Positions 23,680 to 37,062 of a stretch of DNA of 64,000 nucleotides are shown piece after piece. The stretch spans positions 5,933,012-5,997,011 of the forward strand of contig JBNZDD010013687.1 of assembly GCA_050575255.1 (NCBI GenBank), given 5' to 3'. The stretch comes from Harriotta raleighana (Eukaryota). The notes under the pieces were generated by a model. That model did no database searches and was not told the DNA's origin. It worked only from the letters and a program-made list of their open reading frames with translations. The translations under genes were made by a program, and so were the position numbers. How positions within the stretch are numbered: the first letter of the stretch is position 1; each line of letters starts with the position of its first letter.

Positions 23680-25124
23680 CTAAAATGGGAGAACAAAAAC
23701 ACATCCATTCACATCTCTTACACAAAGTCAGAAAGTAACAAGTGTATGTCACAATAATGCAATATAATTGAGCTATATAGGTTATTTTATTCTCAGTATT
23801 ATCCTCACTTCATCCTTCAATATCTGCTCCAATTTAGCGAGGCACATATTCAGCAGGCTCATCTCCATTTCCCATGCGAAATCTCCATTTCACATGAGAA
23901 ATATAGGCCATCCAGTTTTCAGGTGCTCCAATTTAGCACAGGGTCAATGAAGATGATGATGTCAGTGTGGCTTCCTATCCATAGCATACAACAATGCAGA
24001 ATGTGACATCAGCAGTGTCCGATAACCCAGAAACTAACAGCACACAGGCTACCTGCCTTATATACAAACAAGGGTTGTAAGCAAGTATCTTATAACAGGA
24101 TGGCAGTAGTCCTTGCAGATCAGATGGTCACAGATTCAACACCCATTTCACAATGGGTGAATGTGTATGGATGTAGGGTAGTGATATGCTATAAATGGCT
24201 TCAGTGCCACTATGCTATCAAGGGGTGGGGAGTGAGAAAAAATAGTGCCCAGGAACATTAATCCTGATCGTTACAAGTAGCTTCTGATGGAAGATGCAGA
24301 CCAGGCTCCACAACAGAATAGATCCCCACTCAGTCTTGCATGTGCTGTCCGGACTCTTACATGATGGACACTTGGATAAGTAACTGGAGGGCCTCAAGCA
24401 TCTGTGGAGTCAGCTCAGTGGTATTCAGAGGAGGTGGTGAGGGGGGTGGGGGGAGGAGAGGGGGGAGAGAGGAAAGCAACCCTACACATGTATACCTTCT
24501 CAAAGTGTAAAAGCACCAATTCACCCCCTTTTCGCCCCCTGCTCCTCCGTCGACACAAAATGCAACACTAACAACATTAACCCACTAGGGTGATACTAAT
24601 GCAGTTGTTCACCAACTGGCAATGAATTTTGACAGCTGTCACTGCAAGAGTGCAGAGCACACACTACCCTAAAGGCTCATCTGTATGATGATGTTATCGC
24701 CTCACCAGCAGCAGTCAAATACAATTGTGTCAAATGCAATCCAGTTCCCAATGCAAATCGCACGGCTTCCATACTGGATTATTCTGGTGGTGAAATAACA
24801 GGGATAGTTCTGTGACCACCCAAGCTCATTCCCCTCAAGTCAAAAGAAATCCTCTCGACTGGGGTACAAGCTTGGGTGTTAACGTAACTATCCCTGGGAG
24901 ACTTGTACTTTCCCCGAAGTGTGAAAAACCAACAACATTTGAGCTGCGATTGTGTGGACAGAAAAGCTTGCGTGTTGTTACATTGGTATCTGCCTTCTCT
25001 CTCCCCCCTCCAGGCTAATGACTGCAACCTCACCCTGGTTTCAACCTTACAATGTCACCACACGAACATTTCTTGCAAACAAGCTCTCTCCCGTCATATA
25101 AATTCTGTCCGCAATCCTCACCCC

Positions 25125-25340
25125 TCCCGTCCCTTTCCTCTCTCTTTCCCTCCCTCTCTCTCTGCATTAACCTGCCTGCCATTTCTCTCTCTCTCTTACT
25201 CCATTATGCTTTCCCCTATCTCTCTCTCCCTTTCCTCCCCTTTCTCATTCCCCTCCCACTCTCTCTTTCTCTGTTTCTCCATCCCTACCCCACTCCCTCT
25301 CTCTCTGTTTCCCCCTCACACCCCGCTCCCTCTCTCTGGC
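25125..25340. repeat. CT-rich low-complexity tract
   Basis: Almost pure polypyrimidine on the + strand. Confidence 0.85.
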
Positions 25341-25370
25341 CGCTACCTGCAGCAGTATTTATTATGTATA

Positions 25371-25570
25371 CAGTACTTAACTTCCCAATGACAGGCACAT
25401 CTGGACGACGTAAAAAACCGCAACTTTTAAAAGGACCCAGAACGAGTTTAGACCCAAGATTAAACGTGTCTCCGGATAACTTCCAGTTAAACGGATCGGG
25501 ACTTTTTTTTTAGATGGCGGTTGAACGGGTTTTCCGATTATTCGAGTCATGGATAAACGGGGTTCTACTG
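25371..25570. mobile_element. Partial Tigger-like DNA transposon
   Basis: Right end ggataaacggggttctactg|ta is a Tigger-type TIR; CpG-rich interior; no clear left TIR. Confidence 0.55.
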
Positions 25571-26049
25571 TAATAGTTTATATTCCAATTCTTAATCCAT
25601 CTGTTTCAATTGCTTAGTCACAAATAGAGGCCCAGCAATAGACACACAAAATTATATTGGGTGACTCAGGCAAGTTTTATATCTATCAGATGAATTAATG
25701 ACAAATGTTTCCAATTATTCAAGGCTGTGTCAGGAATCGTACAGAGGACATGCAGTCCTTAAAATAATATAGTTTCCGTACAAGAAAAAGGATCTTAAGC
25801 ACTTAACACTATTAGTATCAATACATGAATGCAACAATGAGATTAACCCTAGTGTCAGGGTAGCTTTGAGTAATTGGAAGAATGAAAGTAGATTTGTGAA
25901 GTGCTGAAACTGAGCATTCGCATTTGTATTTATAGACTGAACTCTTTGATAAGTGATTTTGTTCAGCATTTGAACAGCATTTTGTTCCACTTTCATATTT
26001 TACATTGTGAAAATGGATCAGATCACTGTATTTAGCCCCTGTTAACATT

Positions 26050-26790
26050 AGAACATAAGAATTAGGAGCAGGAGTAGGCCATTCGGCCCTTCAAGCCTAC
26101 CCCGCCATTCAAAAAGATCATAGCTGGTCTTCTGCCCTAATTCTGTTTAGCCAGCTTCTTCTCACTTAGTGAAGATATTCCAATGTAGACTCACTAACAA
26201 TACAGGATTGGAGAAAGATCAAGGCCAGGCAGATGTTTAGCTCTTCCTTTGGAGCAATGCTCTAATCCCAATTCCTTACTCGCTGCCAGCATCTTGTAAA
26301 TTGTTCATCTTCCAATTCTTAACTTTTCAATTATTATGGTTTTAGCTTAAAAACCCACTTCAGTAAAATTTTCCATGCCCTAACCCATTGCATCAATAAA
26401 AGGCTTCTTATCTCTCCCAGAATTTTGGTTGACAAACTTGTCCATTTTGACCAATTGCACAACCAGTGGGAAATATCTTTCCCCCTGTTCATCCTCTCAA
26501 ACCCCTTTAGAATTTTGAAGACTTTTCCAGTAGATTTCCTCTTAATCTTCTCTGCTTCAGGGAAAACAGGCCTACATTTTCATGATTGTCCTTGCTAGGC
26601 ATGAAATTGCCCTGAGATGTTATCCTGAGTGAGAGGGCTTTATAAATGCATATTGTTGTTGTTACTATAACACCCCCCCTCACCCATGTTATCTGTGGGA
26701 ACATACTCTGCATCCTCTGCCATTTCTGACATCCTTTCTATATTGGGGCATCTAGAAATGCACACAATATCTCAAATAAGCCCCAACCCA
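26050..26790 (-). mobile_element. Degraded CR1-type LINE 3' fragments
   Basis: CR1 tail (aacataagaattaggagcaggagtaggccattcggccc on +) and GLFSLKQRRLRGNLLE on -. Confidence 0.72.
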
Positions 26791-27143
26791 ATTCTTCCCT
26801 CACCAGCTATTAAATTCATAAGTACAGAAAAAGAAAAAAAGATTCTGATCTTAAAACCTGACCTTTAAACTCAATGCACCTCATTCTAAAGCACTGGCTA
26901 CACTCAGCATCGTTGCTCATTGAGAAGCTCGGAGTAAAATGCGTCGAGTCTTCTAAACACTAGAGTGTGGGCATTGCGGGCAGCTATCTTCTAAAGCTTC
27001 ATTGTTGATGGACTCACAGCAAATTCCCCCTCCTTCATTTAATGAGTTCCAATGATTCCTGAATCCCACTGTCCAGCCTACAGTGAACAGCAGCACCACG
27101 CAGACTGCCCTGAACAAAACTACCAGGCTGATGGGACACTCAC

Positions 27144-27215
27144 AGCTGCCATGGAATTCAGCTGATCGATGTAAAACTCCGGCCAGCTTGTGGCTCCTTT
27201 ATTCTCCTCTTGGTC
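27144..27215 (-). CDS. DAAM1: DAAM1 exon 4 (DQEENKGATSWPEFYIDQLNSMAA)
   Basis: 72 nt, phase 0/0, acceptor ttctttttcag, donor gtgagt; absent from the ORF track. Confidence 0.96.
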
Positions 27216-28481
27216 CTGAAAAAGAAAATAATATCACACATCAGCACAGGAGGAACTAAGAAGCACTTCGCAACGAGTGCATCATTATATAAAATATTTT
27301 AAAATACACTCATTATAAATATATTTCCATTATATGGAGTGCATATTGTCACCCACAAAATACAGTTTTAATGTTTTGACTTCATAATTTATATATATAT
27401 TGTCCGCGAAGCGCTTTCGGGCGTCTCAATGATGTGATAAGGTGCTATATCAAATGCAAGGATTATTATATTATTATTATTTGGTTGACAATGGGAGACA
27501 TATTAAATATGTGTATTAAATTCTGGTCCACTCATTTCCTTTTGGTGCAGGAAATTGCTGAGGGAGCAGCTCAGCCAGGATGAGCAAAAATACGCATCCA
27601 ACCAACCGATCAACATTCTTACTTTCAGTGCCTTGTCTCCACTCTATCTCTACTTTCTTTTTGAATGGTTTACGTTTTGCTTTTGCTTTTAGAAAGCGGT
27701 AGTGGGGGAAACCCACAGAGATGATAAAAAAGTCACCAATCTTCCCCCCACACCACCGCAGATACTGAAGCCAAACACAGTGATAGTGAACTGAACGAAG
27801 GAATATATTGGGACTGGAAAAGACAGTGGACTGGTCCATTGCTCTCATAATCTACCTCCATCATTTCCTTGGAACAAGTCATTCCACACACAGCTCCAGC
27901 TTTATCATAACAAGGCAATCAGCCTCCTTAAAATGAGATTGTGTCACAATGCGACATATCGCAGAAAAGGATATTCTTCCCCCTTTCTCTCACTTCCTTC
28001 ACTTTGCTGAGTGCAACAACAACATCTTGCATTGATATCCTTCACTTAGAGTACAAATCGGCAATCATAATTGCCTACAAGTACACAGTCAGTACATTAA
28101 GGTAAATTATGTGAACATGTGAAAAGCGCTGCTACACAAGGATTACCATCATATTTGTAGAGTCATAATTCAGATATATTGTGTTATATCTGAATGGACT
28201 GAACTGTACTCTCTCCTCTGTGTGATAGAATAAATCACTGTACTAATTTTATGATGTGGGAATGAACCGAGCCACCCACGATTCGAGGCACTGGTTCCCC
28301 AATGAACAACGATTGCCTTGGTGTCATAGAAAAAACACTTTACAACCACTTTGACCACCACAGTTAAAGGTCATCACAAAAACACTGATCAAAGCTCCTC
28401 AACAGTGACAAAGGCTTCTTCCCTCTTCACCGGAGCCCCATTTGATTACCCTTTTGAACACAGGAGAGTTAAATCACTTAC

Positions 28482-28496
28482 TTGCATTTCAAAGCA
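28482..28496 (-). other. Candidate 15-nt microexon (CFEMQ) between DAAM1 exons 3 and 4
   Basis: tttctgcttcataatggcag|TGCTTTGAAATGCAA|gtaagtga; frame-preserving in a phase-0 intron; no transcript evidence available. Confidence 0.35.
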
Positions 28497-30134
28497 CTGC
28501 CATTATGAAGCAGAAACAATGACAAGGTAGAAAAACAGCCATCTTAGCAGTGAGAGACACAGCAGAATGAAACACAGAGAAAGGTAACATGGTCAATTAA
28601 TCTCAACCCAAGTAAAATTTGGAGTTTTCTGAAAATACCAGAGGGCTTCACAACATTATCAAATCAGAGATTCCTCAATAATCATGCAACATATCATTTC
28701 CGGTCCTGTTGTGAAATATTTTTTTTTTTTTACTTAGAGGAAACCCCCTAACCACATAAGCAATAAGAGGCTTTTTAGTTCTTGGAACTACAGTAGTCAC
28801 AAAGAAGATTCCAAGACAATCCTGCATCCATACTTTGAATGTATTTACAGAGCATTGCATAGTTCGTCTACATAATACATTCTACAGTGAAGGGTATTGA
28901 GACATCCTCCCGACACATATCAAATGTAAGGATTATTATCATTGCAACACAAAAAAACTTAACATGCTCCTGTTTATAACATGGTCCTGTTAATAAAAGC
29001 CAAGCTTTTTCAAAAGTTGATTGGAAGGCGACGAAAAGGTACCCGATATAAGCAAGTTATGTTGATATTCTAGGGCAAAAATCCAGACACCACCCAGCAC
29101 TCACAGCAAATGGGGACATGAGCACAAAGAACAAAAGATATGAAATGGGACCACATCTGGCCAGATAAATAAATGCCCTCATTCCTTCCAGAAACATCAA
29201 ACCTTAGATAATTACAGCGAGTAAGGAGGTCATTCGGCCCATCGAGTCTGGACTAGCTCTAGGAATAAGCTGTTCATTCAGTCCCACTGTCTCACCCGAT
29301 TCCCATACCCCTTCAAGCCTCAAACTTTCTCCCACAAGCATTCAAAAACTAAAGGCAGTCCCTATGGTAAACGTACTTGAGAATAATTTATTCAGAGTGC
29401 ATTTGAGTAAGACAGCTGCCGAAAATGCAGTTCCATCAGTCTAGGAAACTAGCACTTTTTAGTTCTGGCAAATAAGATTTTTTAAAATGTCTCAGAATCG
29501 CTGGAAGTCACCAACCTCTCTCTCTGTATCTTTGGCTAATCTTTACGTCTTGCCAACTCTTCTAAGAGCAAGTGGAGCCTGCAGTGTTCAAACAAACCTT
29601 ATCTAGTAAATGACCTCTCGAGGGAGCTCCCATTAGAAATGGCAAGAACCCAAGCAGCTTATTGACCGACTGCTAAATGCTTAACTTCCACTTTTACCAG
29701 TCAGCAAAAGGAACAGCCGTCTATCTGTAGGATAGATTATTTCCTTCATTAAATACGAATGAAACATTAATAAAACTTTCATGCAAAATTCTGATATGTG
29801 CTACATATTTTAAAAGTTCCCTCAAACCATATGCCCCCAAGAGTTTAACTGTTTCTCAAGAGCGTTTCCTCTGGAAATGAATTGTGTTGAGCAGACCTGC
29901 AAAAGAGATGAAAACTCAGAAGAGCTTGATAAGGTGGACACAAATAGATTGTCCAATTATTGATGAGCCGATAACAAAAAAGACACAAGGCTAAGCCAGT
30001 CACTAGCTGATCTAATAGGGAGAGTGTAGGATGCACTTCTTCACACATTCTTCAAGAGTATTGAACTTGCTGCCAGTATGTGTGCGTGAAGCAGAAAGTG
30101 TTAATGTATTTAAGACCAAAGACAATATAGTACA

Positions 30135-30650
30135 AAAGTACATTTGTAAAGCACCATTTACGTCAGGAGGACATTCCAAGATACTGAACCTTCGGGGATT
30201 AGAATCCGAGCGTGGGTGCCGGGTTGGAGCATGGGATCAGGGAGGGTGGAGCACAGAGAAGATGGCCGAAGGCACAATCAAAGAGAGTTTTGAACCATAC
30301 CTTAAAGGAGGCAAGAGAAGGTGTGAAGCAAAGGGAATGTGGGATGGGGTTCCAGAGGGTGGGGGCACAGGCTAAAGGCATGACCACCGATGGTGAGGTG
30401 GGCCAGGCGGGGAACATAGAGCAGGCTGGAACCTGCTGAGGGGAGGGAGCAGACAGGTTGATAAGCCGTTATCAGTTTGGAGAGTTAGGAGGCAGCAAGG
30501 CCATGGAGGGCTTTGAAGATGAAGACAAGAATTTTGAATTCAATCCTCTGAGGGGTGACGAGCTAGTGAAGCCAGCTGAGGGTGGGTATGAGGGGATAAT
30601 GGAGCCTGGTGCAGGAGAGGACATGATTTGGAGAGTTCTGGATAATGCTC
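30135..30650 (-). mobile_element. L2-type LINE 3' fragment
   Basis: Minus strand shows APTLWNPIP...SFKVWFKTLFD and an L2 tail, related to the 45101 copy. Confidence 0.8.
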
Positions 30651-30989
30651 TTATATGAGGGATAAGTGATAAGTGGGGGCTAGAGAGAGATTAACAAGGT
30701 TGGAAGCTCATGCGGAGAATAAATAACGGATTAGTTGGATCAAATGGCCCGTTTCAGCATGTAAGATTCCATCAGAAACACAATTACGAAAAATGTTGCA
30801 GCTAAAATCAACCATTAAGATCTCTGTTGACTGAGAGCACACAGCTGTTGTTCATAACCACGAATGGCAGTATCCAAATTGGAAAGTGCCCTGTGAGATC
30901 TTCACAATGTGTAATTAAACCCTGACAGCCTTGCCACCTCCTATCTTTCCAACCTGCTGTTTTCCTATGAACTTGCCTATTCCCTCCAT

Positions 30990-31295
30990 TCACTGGGCTA
31001 CGGTCTGCTCTATGTCCCCCGAATCACCCTACCATCGGTGGACGGGCTTTCAGCCTCTCTGCCTCCACACTCTGGAACTCCATCCCAGTCCCTTTGACTC
31101 GCTCTCTCTCTTGCCTGCTTCAAGGTATGCATCAAGACTCTGCTCTTCGACTGTGCCTTTGGCCACTCTCTCTGCCCTCAAACCTCTCTGATCCCACCCC
31201 ACCAACCCCAACACTCGGGTTCTAATCCCTGACGGTTCCGTGTCTTGGAATGTCCTCCCGACGTAAATGGCGCTCTGTAAGTGTAATTTTGTTGC
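30990..31295 (+). mobile_element. L2-type LINE 3' fragment
   Basis: ccatcggtggacgggctttcagcc..ctctggaactccatccc..cttggaatgtcctcccgacgtaaatggcgctc..taattttgttg. Confidence 0.8.
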
Positions 31296-32620
31296 TGGAA
31301 GTTGGACTCTCTTCTGCAGTACTATTGTGTTTATAGAGCACCAGGTTCAGTGATTTGGCAGCAATATACAGAAATATGTAGTGCATCTTGCCTCTGAATG
31401 TACACTCCTTCCCCCACACCAAAACCCCTGTTCCCTGTTTAACAATGACATTGTAGTCATCGGTAAGCAAACTAAAATTTCCCCAGCAGTGGCTGGCAGC
31501 AGACGAGGTTCCATTTACAACTAATTCAATCTCGAATAATTTTGATGATTAATCTACACAGTAGATTATTGAACCAAAAATGTAAGAACAAAGCAAGCAA
31601 TATTTTCCCAGTTGTATTTAATACTTCACCAGTCACAATGTGTGTTTAATGCAATTCTTGTATTTACGTTTCAGTCTTGTGAGTAATCTTGCATTTTTGG
31701 ATAAGAAGCAGGCAGACCTCATTAATGCAGTTGTATAGTTTACACAAGTGACTGTGTTTAAACAGGGTCTTAACCTGCGGGGCCCAAGGTAATGAAGTTT
31801 GAGTTGAGTTTAAATAGAATAGCGTGTTCTTTTAACATGAGTAGCTCTGGTTTGTTTTTGGAATAATGTGTACTGCTCCCTACGGCACCAATGTTCTGTT
31901 CAGCAAGTGAGGTTTGAGTTGGGTTCAGAAGTTGGAATTAGAGCCGCTCAAAACAGGCAATGCTTAAGGTTTGGCACACGAGGACTTGACACAGAAAACC
32001 TGCTTGAAAAACAGAATACTTCACACCTACCATTTTGCTCTGGAATGTCACTCCAATCCAACTCAGGCTGGAATGTGCGCAAACATAAAACCACCTCCGT
32101 TCATAAAAAAATACAATAAGCCCCAAATTCTCAGCAAGTGGGAACTACAAAGAAACAGCCTCTCTCCTCATCACTGATGCTGGAGCAGAGCTTCAGCCTC
32201 TGTGTTTAAGAAATCACATCTCGTCTCAGGAGGACAGAAAAATACCATTTAAATTCCTGCACTTGGATTAAATATGTAGTTCTTGTATTTCATGACAGAT
32301 TTCTCAACAAATGAGTCAAAACATTGAACATGCTGAAGTATGCTTTGCTCGAAACATCCGATGCTTAGAATTTCGACTTTTGTAAAGAACTCCCTCAGAG
32401 TTTTCTCTCCGTCTCCCACAATTTAGACTAAATTCTCTTGTCTCGACACAGACAGTAAGGCGGTTGAAGGGCAAAGCCAAGCTAAGGATAAAAAGGAGCC
32501 TCATCATTACCGAAGAGTCAAGTTTTTAAAAGGCAAATTGCCAAGCAATAATGTGGAAACATTGTTTTGATCATTGAGAAATTATTAAAAATACTTAATA
32601 AATATCCTAGCATATGATAT

Positions 32621-32917
32621 AATAATATTCCTTGTATTTTAATATAGTGCGTTTCACTTCAAGACGTCTCAAAGCACTTCACATTTACTGTAAAGTGAAT
32701 TGACTGTATATATGTGGGCGAAACGCGGCAGCAATTGTGCACAGCAGGTCCCACAAATAGTCGTAGATTGAATTGACCAATTGATTATAGTTTTTTTTAA
32801 GGGATTATTATCAGGCGTGTGGAATAAGGAAACCAAAGTTTTGTCCTGCCTGAAATTGAATCCAGGTCTGTTGCTTGTAAGACGAGTGCTCTCACCACCG
32901 AGCTAGAGGACTCCACA
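32621..32917 (-). mobile_element. Full-length tRNA-derived SINE (same family as 9925)
   Basis: Reverse-complement match across head, core and tail. Confidence 0.86.
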
Positions 32918-32934
32918 ATATAGACTCCACAATA

Positions 32935-33160
32935 TACCCTCTTCACTCGGAGGGTAGTGAATTTATCGAATTCACTACCCCAGAAGGCTGCAGATGCTCA
33001 ATCCTTGAACAATTTCAAGGCTGAGACTGATAGATTTTTTAAAAATAGAGGGATTAGGGGATATGGGGATAGGGCAAGTAATTAGAGTTAGGTCAGAATG
33101 ACGGGGCAGGCTTGATGGGCCAAATGGCCTACACCTGCTCCTAATTCTTATGTTCTTATA
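32935..33160 (+). mobile_element. CR1-type LINE 3' end
   Basis: ttcactcggagggtagtgaat..gatgggccaaatggcctacacctgctcctaattcttatgttctta. Confidence 0.78.
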
Positions 33161-34174
33161 GCATCACTTTGTTGAGATATCTCAAAGTGCTTCACAGAAT
33201 TGACTATATATTTTGCGGGTGAAACGTGGCAGCTAATTGAATTGAAGATGGAATTGAATTGAAGGTGGAATGCAAACAAAAAAAAATTCGAGAACAGTTA
33301 AAAAAAACAAAGAATTGGAACAAGCCTTGATGAACTTTTCCACTAAAGAGGAGAATGGGGTTGGACAGAGACGGGCATTTGTTTGGTGAAAAGTAATTAC
33401 ATTTAAGCCTCTGCAGGAATGTAGGTCTTGTGGAGATTTCTGCACAGAAATCAGTTTCAGGACCGCGGACTTTGTGGTATTTTTTCCCCCAACAGTAATA
33501 CCTCCTAAGACTCCAACCTGACCTTGCTGAAAGCTTGAATCCTTTTGGAATTAAGCAAAGTGACCTCCTGATTCATGATATTATGAAAAGGCTGTTTGGG
33601 ATAGACTGGGTAAACACAGCCATTGTTATAAAGCATATATTTCGTAGCCTTGATTTTTTTGATAGATTAGAGAAGGCAAACCCAGAGCAAATCTTTTCAG
33701 CAAGATTGTAGGATGCGAGGGCATGGGTTCAGGGTTGTGAAGGATGATTTTAGCACTGATAAGTATTTCTTTACACAGCAGGCAAAAATTAGCTAGAATG
33801 GGTTACAATGAATTTGGGAAGTGGAAGGCCACACCACTGGGAAGATGGGATGGTTGGCATTCTGGAAGGAGGAGATCAAATTAAATGTAGGACCTTCTGC
33901 AAACAAAAGTATTGCAATCTCATCTTCTGTCCTATGTTTTACACTTTAATATGATGGGTCCGGGTTGGGGGAGACAGGTTGTACAGAATCCAGCATTCAG
34001 TCAGGTCGAGTATGTGTCTATATATACATATAGATAACATATAAAAATGGACTGAGCAGTATTGCCTTTCATGTCACGTGAGAAACATGCTCCACAACAA
34101 GCATCGGCTTTCCTGACCAGTTTAAGGTTGGATTGCACCACATGACAAATAAGCACCACATGTCTTCCATTGAT

Positions 34175-34426
34175 ATAATAATCCTTGATTTGATACAGCG
34201 CTTTACACGTCTTCTAGACGACTCAAAGCGCTTCACAAAATATATTGTAAAGTGAATTAACTATATATATGTGGGCGAAACGTGACAGCCAATTGCACAC
34301 AGCAGTATCACACAAAAAGTCGCGGATTGAATTGACCTTTTTTTAAGGGATTACTATTCGGTGTGTGGAGTAAGGAAACTTGTCCAAGGTTTTGTCCTGC
34401 CTGGAATTGAACCCAGGTCTCTCGCT
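34175..34426 (-). mobile_element. tRNA-derived SINE with truncated head
   Basis: Same family; stops inside the tRNA head. Confidence 0.84.
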
Positions 34427-35279
34427 CATTGACATCATCACCAGATATCCCACTCATTGCAGTACAAAAAAAGGGATCTCACACAAACCAAGCCATGGGG
34501 ATCCTAGGGGCATTTAAAAACACTGAGAAATAGTTTAGCAGGATGAGAATAAAAGGGCAAATGAAACAAAGGAATACAACATAATGGAGCAGTGGGAAAC
34601 ATTTGTCCTACAGTCATAATACTGTGCCCTAATATGGCATCACCCTATCATTACATAGTGAAGTCAAGGCTATATATAAGAATCTGGATGTTGGTGGTTA
34701 GGACGAGGTTTGGAAATACAGTACATTCTTCTGCAAACTTGTGTCCTGTAAAATCTGGACACTGCATAGCACCATTATTGCCAGTGCAGATCGAAGGAAA
34801 CAAGGGGAAATTAAACAACAGTTGTCTCATTGGGTCTGATGGTTTTGTACAACTTCAGGTGTCACGTTGAAAAAATTTTAGCAAAGAAAAAATGTTTCAA
34901 AATGAAACAATGATGGAAGGCGGCATAAATCTTACAGCGGCTGCATTTTTAAAAAAAAATGGTACATGTTTATCATTTCACGAAAAGTATTTTTATGTGG
35001 CACAATAAAGATTTAAACTGTTTGTGGAAGTAGCAGACATTAAGTAATTGCTGATCAAGAATATGTTTGCAATATCAGATAATCCTTTGGGAAACTGCTG
35101 AGTAAAATTCACAGGAATTAAATGGGATTAAGCAGAGATTTTGAATTAAAACAGAGAACTAAGAACCTACAGTGAGATAAAGCACAAGTCACCAGTTGAA
35201 AGGTGCCATAGGTTCGTATCAGCAAAGCAAAATTCGAGAAGGAATTAGGTAAGTTTTTGATAAAGAGGCATATTTTGGA

Positions 35280-35563
35280 TCACTCGACTGCCCTAACATA
35301 GGTGGCCGGGCTTTCAGCCTCTCTGCCCCTACACTTTAGAACTCCATCCCACAATCCCTTTGCCTTGATCCCTCCCTTGCCTCCTTCAAGACAGGTCTCA
35401 AGATCCACCTCTTCGCCCCCTCCTACCTCTCTGGCCTCCCTCATCCCAACCATGCATCCCACCCCTCCTCCACCCCCCATTCGGGTCCCAACCCCTGGCT
35501 ATTCAGCTACTTAGGACGTCTCCCAATGTGAAAGGTGCTCCAAAAATGTAAATTTGTTGTTGT
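35280..35563 (+). mobile_element. L2-type LINE 3' fragment
   Basis: ggtggccgggctttcagcc motif, pyrimidine-rich 3'UTR and ttg-repeat tail. Confidence 0.78.
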
Positions 35564-36972
35564 TCGCCACAAAATACACAATCAATCCACTTTATAATAT
35601 ATCCTGTGAAGCATGTGGAATGTTCATCTGATGTAAAAAGCAAATGCAAGAATGATTATTATTAATAATATTATCATCATCATCATAGGACAAGAAATCG
35701 CTTTGAGAAGTTTTTACATGAATTGTTCCATGACTGCAAGTTCTTTCTTCTAAACGCACATTGAGTACAGCCCTCTTTGATGAATATAATATCAACATCG
35801 GAAGTTTGTGCTGCTGCAGTCTATACAAGTACAAAACCTTAACCCTCGGGAAATTAGATACACTTGTGCCTAAGTGTAGCACTAAGCTGGGGGCTCACAT
35901 GAGTCTTGTAAAAATAGAAACACTAGGGGGAATCACATTATAACCGCGAAAGGTCAGGAGGTATATAATAAATACATAATAAACCTTACTGTATTTGATA
36001 TAGTGCCTTTTACATTGGGGACACACACCTGAAAGCGCTTAACAAGACATACTGTATAGTGACTGTATTTTAGAAACAGATATGGCAGCCAATTTGCACC
36101 AAGTCCCATGAAGCCATGAAGTTATGGACCAACAAACAAATCCAATCCCCCGTATCAATGTGTTAATAATCCTTGCATTTGTTATAGCACCTTATCACAT
36201 CGTTGAAACTCCTCAAAGCAAATCCCCTCTGGTGAAATGTGGCAGCCAATTGAACACATTCAGTGGGTTAAATGATCAAATTAAGCATTTATTTTTATTC
36301 CCACAGAAATAATTTCTCAAGACACTGAGAATTTTGCTGTAGTTCTGAGCAATTCAATGGTAGCTTCCGTCTTGCCTTTGAACAAAGGAATAAAATGTTC
36401 TGACAGGCAAGAAGCATTGCTGACAGGTAAGAAACATTGCTCAAAATAAGACAAAGTTACTTTGGTAATATTTCAGTGGATGAAAACTGCAACATCTCAA
36501 TCCATCTCATTCCATAAAGGCCTTTTTTTTTTGCTTGTCCCTAAACCAAATTGTACCTAGTTAGGTAATGCAAACCAAATGTCAGCAGCTTTTTTAAAAA
36601 TAAACCTGTTTCTTGCATTGGAGGAAATGAAAAGGATATTCTGGAATAATTAATTTTGAAATGATTTGACTCATTTCAAAATGGTTAACCTTGTAATTTA
36701 ATATTGAGGTGTTTGGTGACTCCCTTCTCTAAAAGAAAACAACCATTCACCAGTCTCTCATCCGCTCTCCCACATACGCAATTAATCCAGTCTACATTTC
36801 TTCAATCCCTCCTATCTGTACTTCAGAGACTTTTTCATTAGCTGGGACAGTGAGTTACTGTTTTTTGGGAGGGGGGCAGGTGGAGGGTGGTGGTGGGATT
36901 TCCCATGGAGGCAGGGAATACTGGACGGGATTCAGGGCAATCCACAAACAACAGATTAGGTTTTTGCCTTAC

Positions 36973-37062
36973 CTTTTTCTTGCTGCAGTATATTTGCCAT
37001 TTCTTTTCTGCAGGAAGTGCAAACATGGCTTCCCTGTGCTTCTCACTGAGGTCAAGTTCATC
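36973..37062 (-). CDS. DAAM1: DAAM1 exon 3 ([30 protein letters not shown])
   Basis: 90 nt, phase 0/0, acceptor tatctcag, donor gtaagg; GBD sequence. Confidence 0.96.

Noticed and set aside
24903-25513. Long Ser/Leu/Pro-rich ORFs (also 4259-4702 and 63260-63793)
   Set aside because: Products of CT/GA low-complexity tracts and L2 3' regions.
32909-32936. gactccacaatata tandem duplication at a SINE/CR1 junction
   Set aside because: Short local duplication at an insertion boundary with no wider structure.
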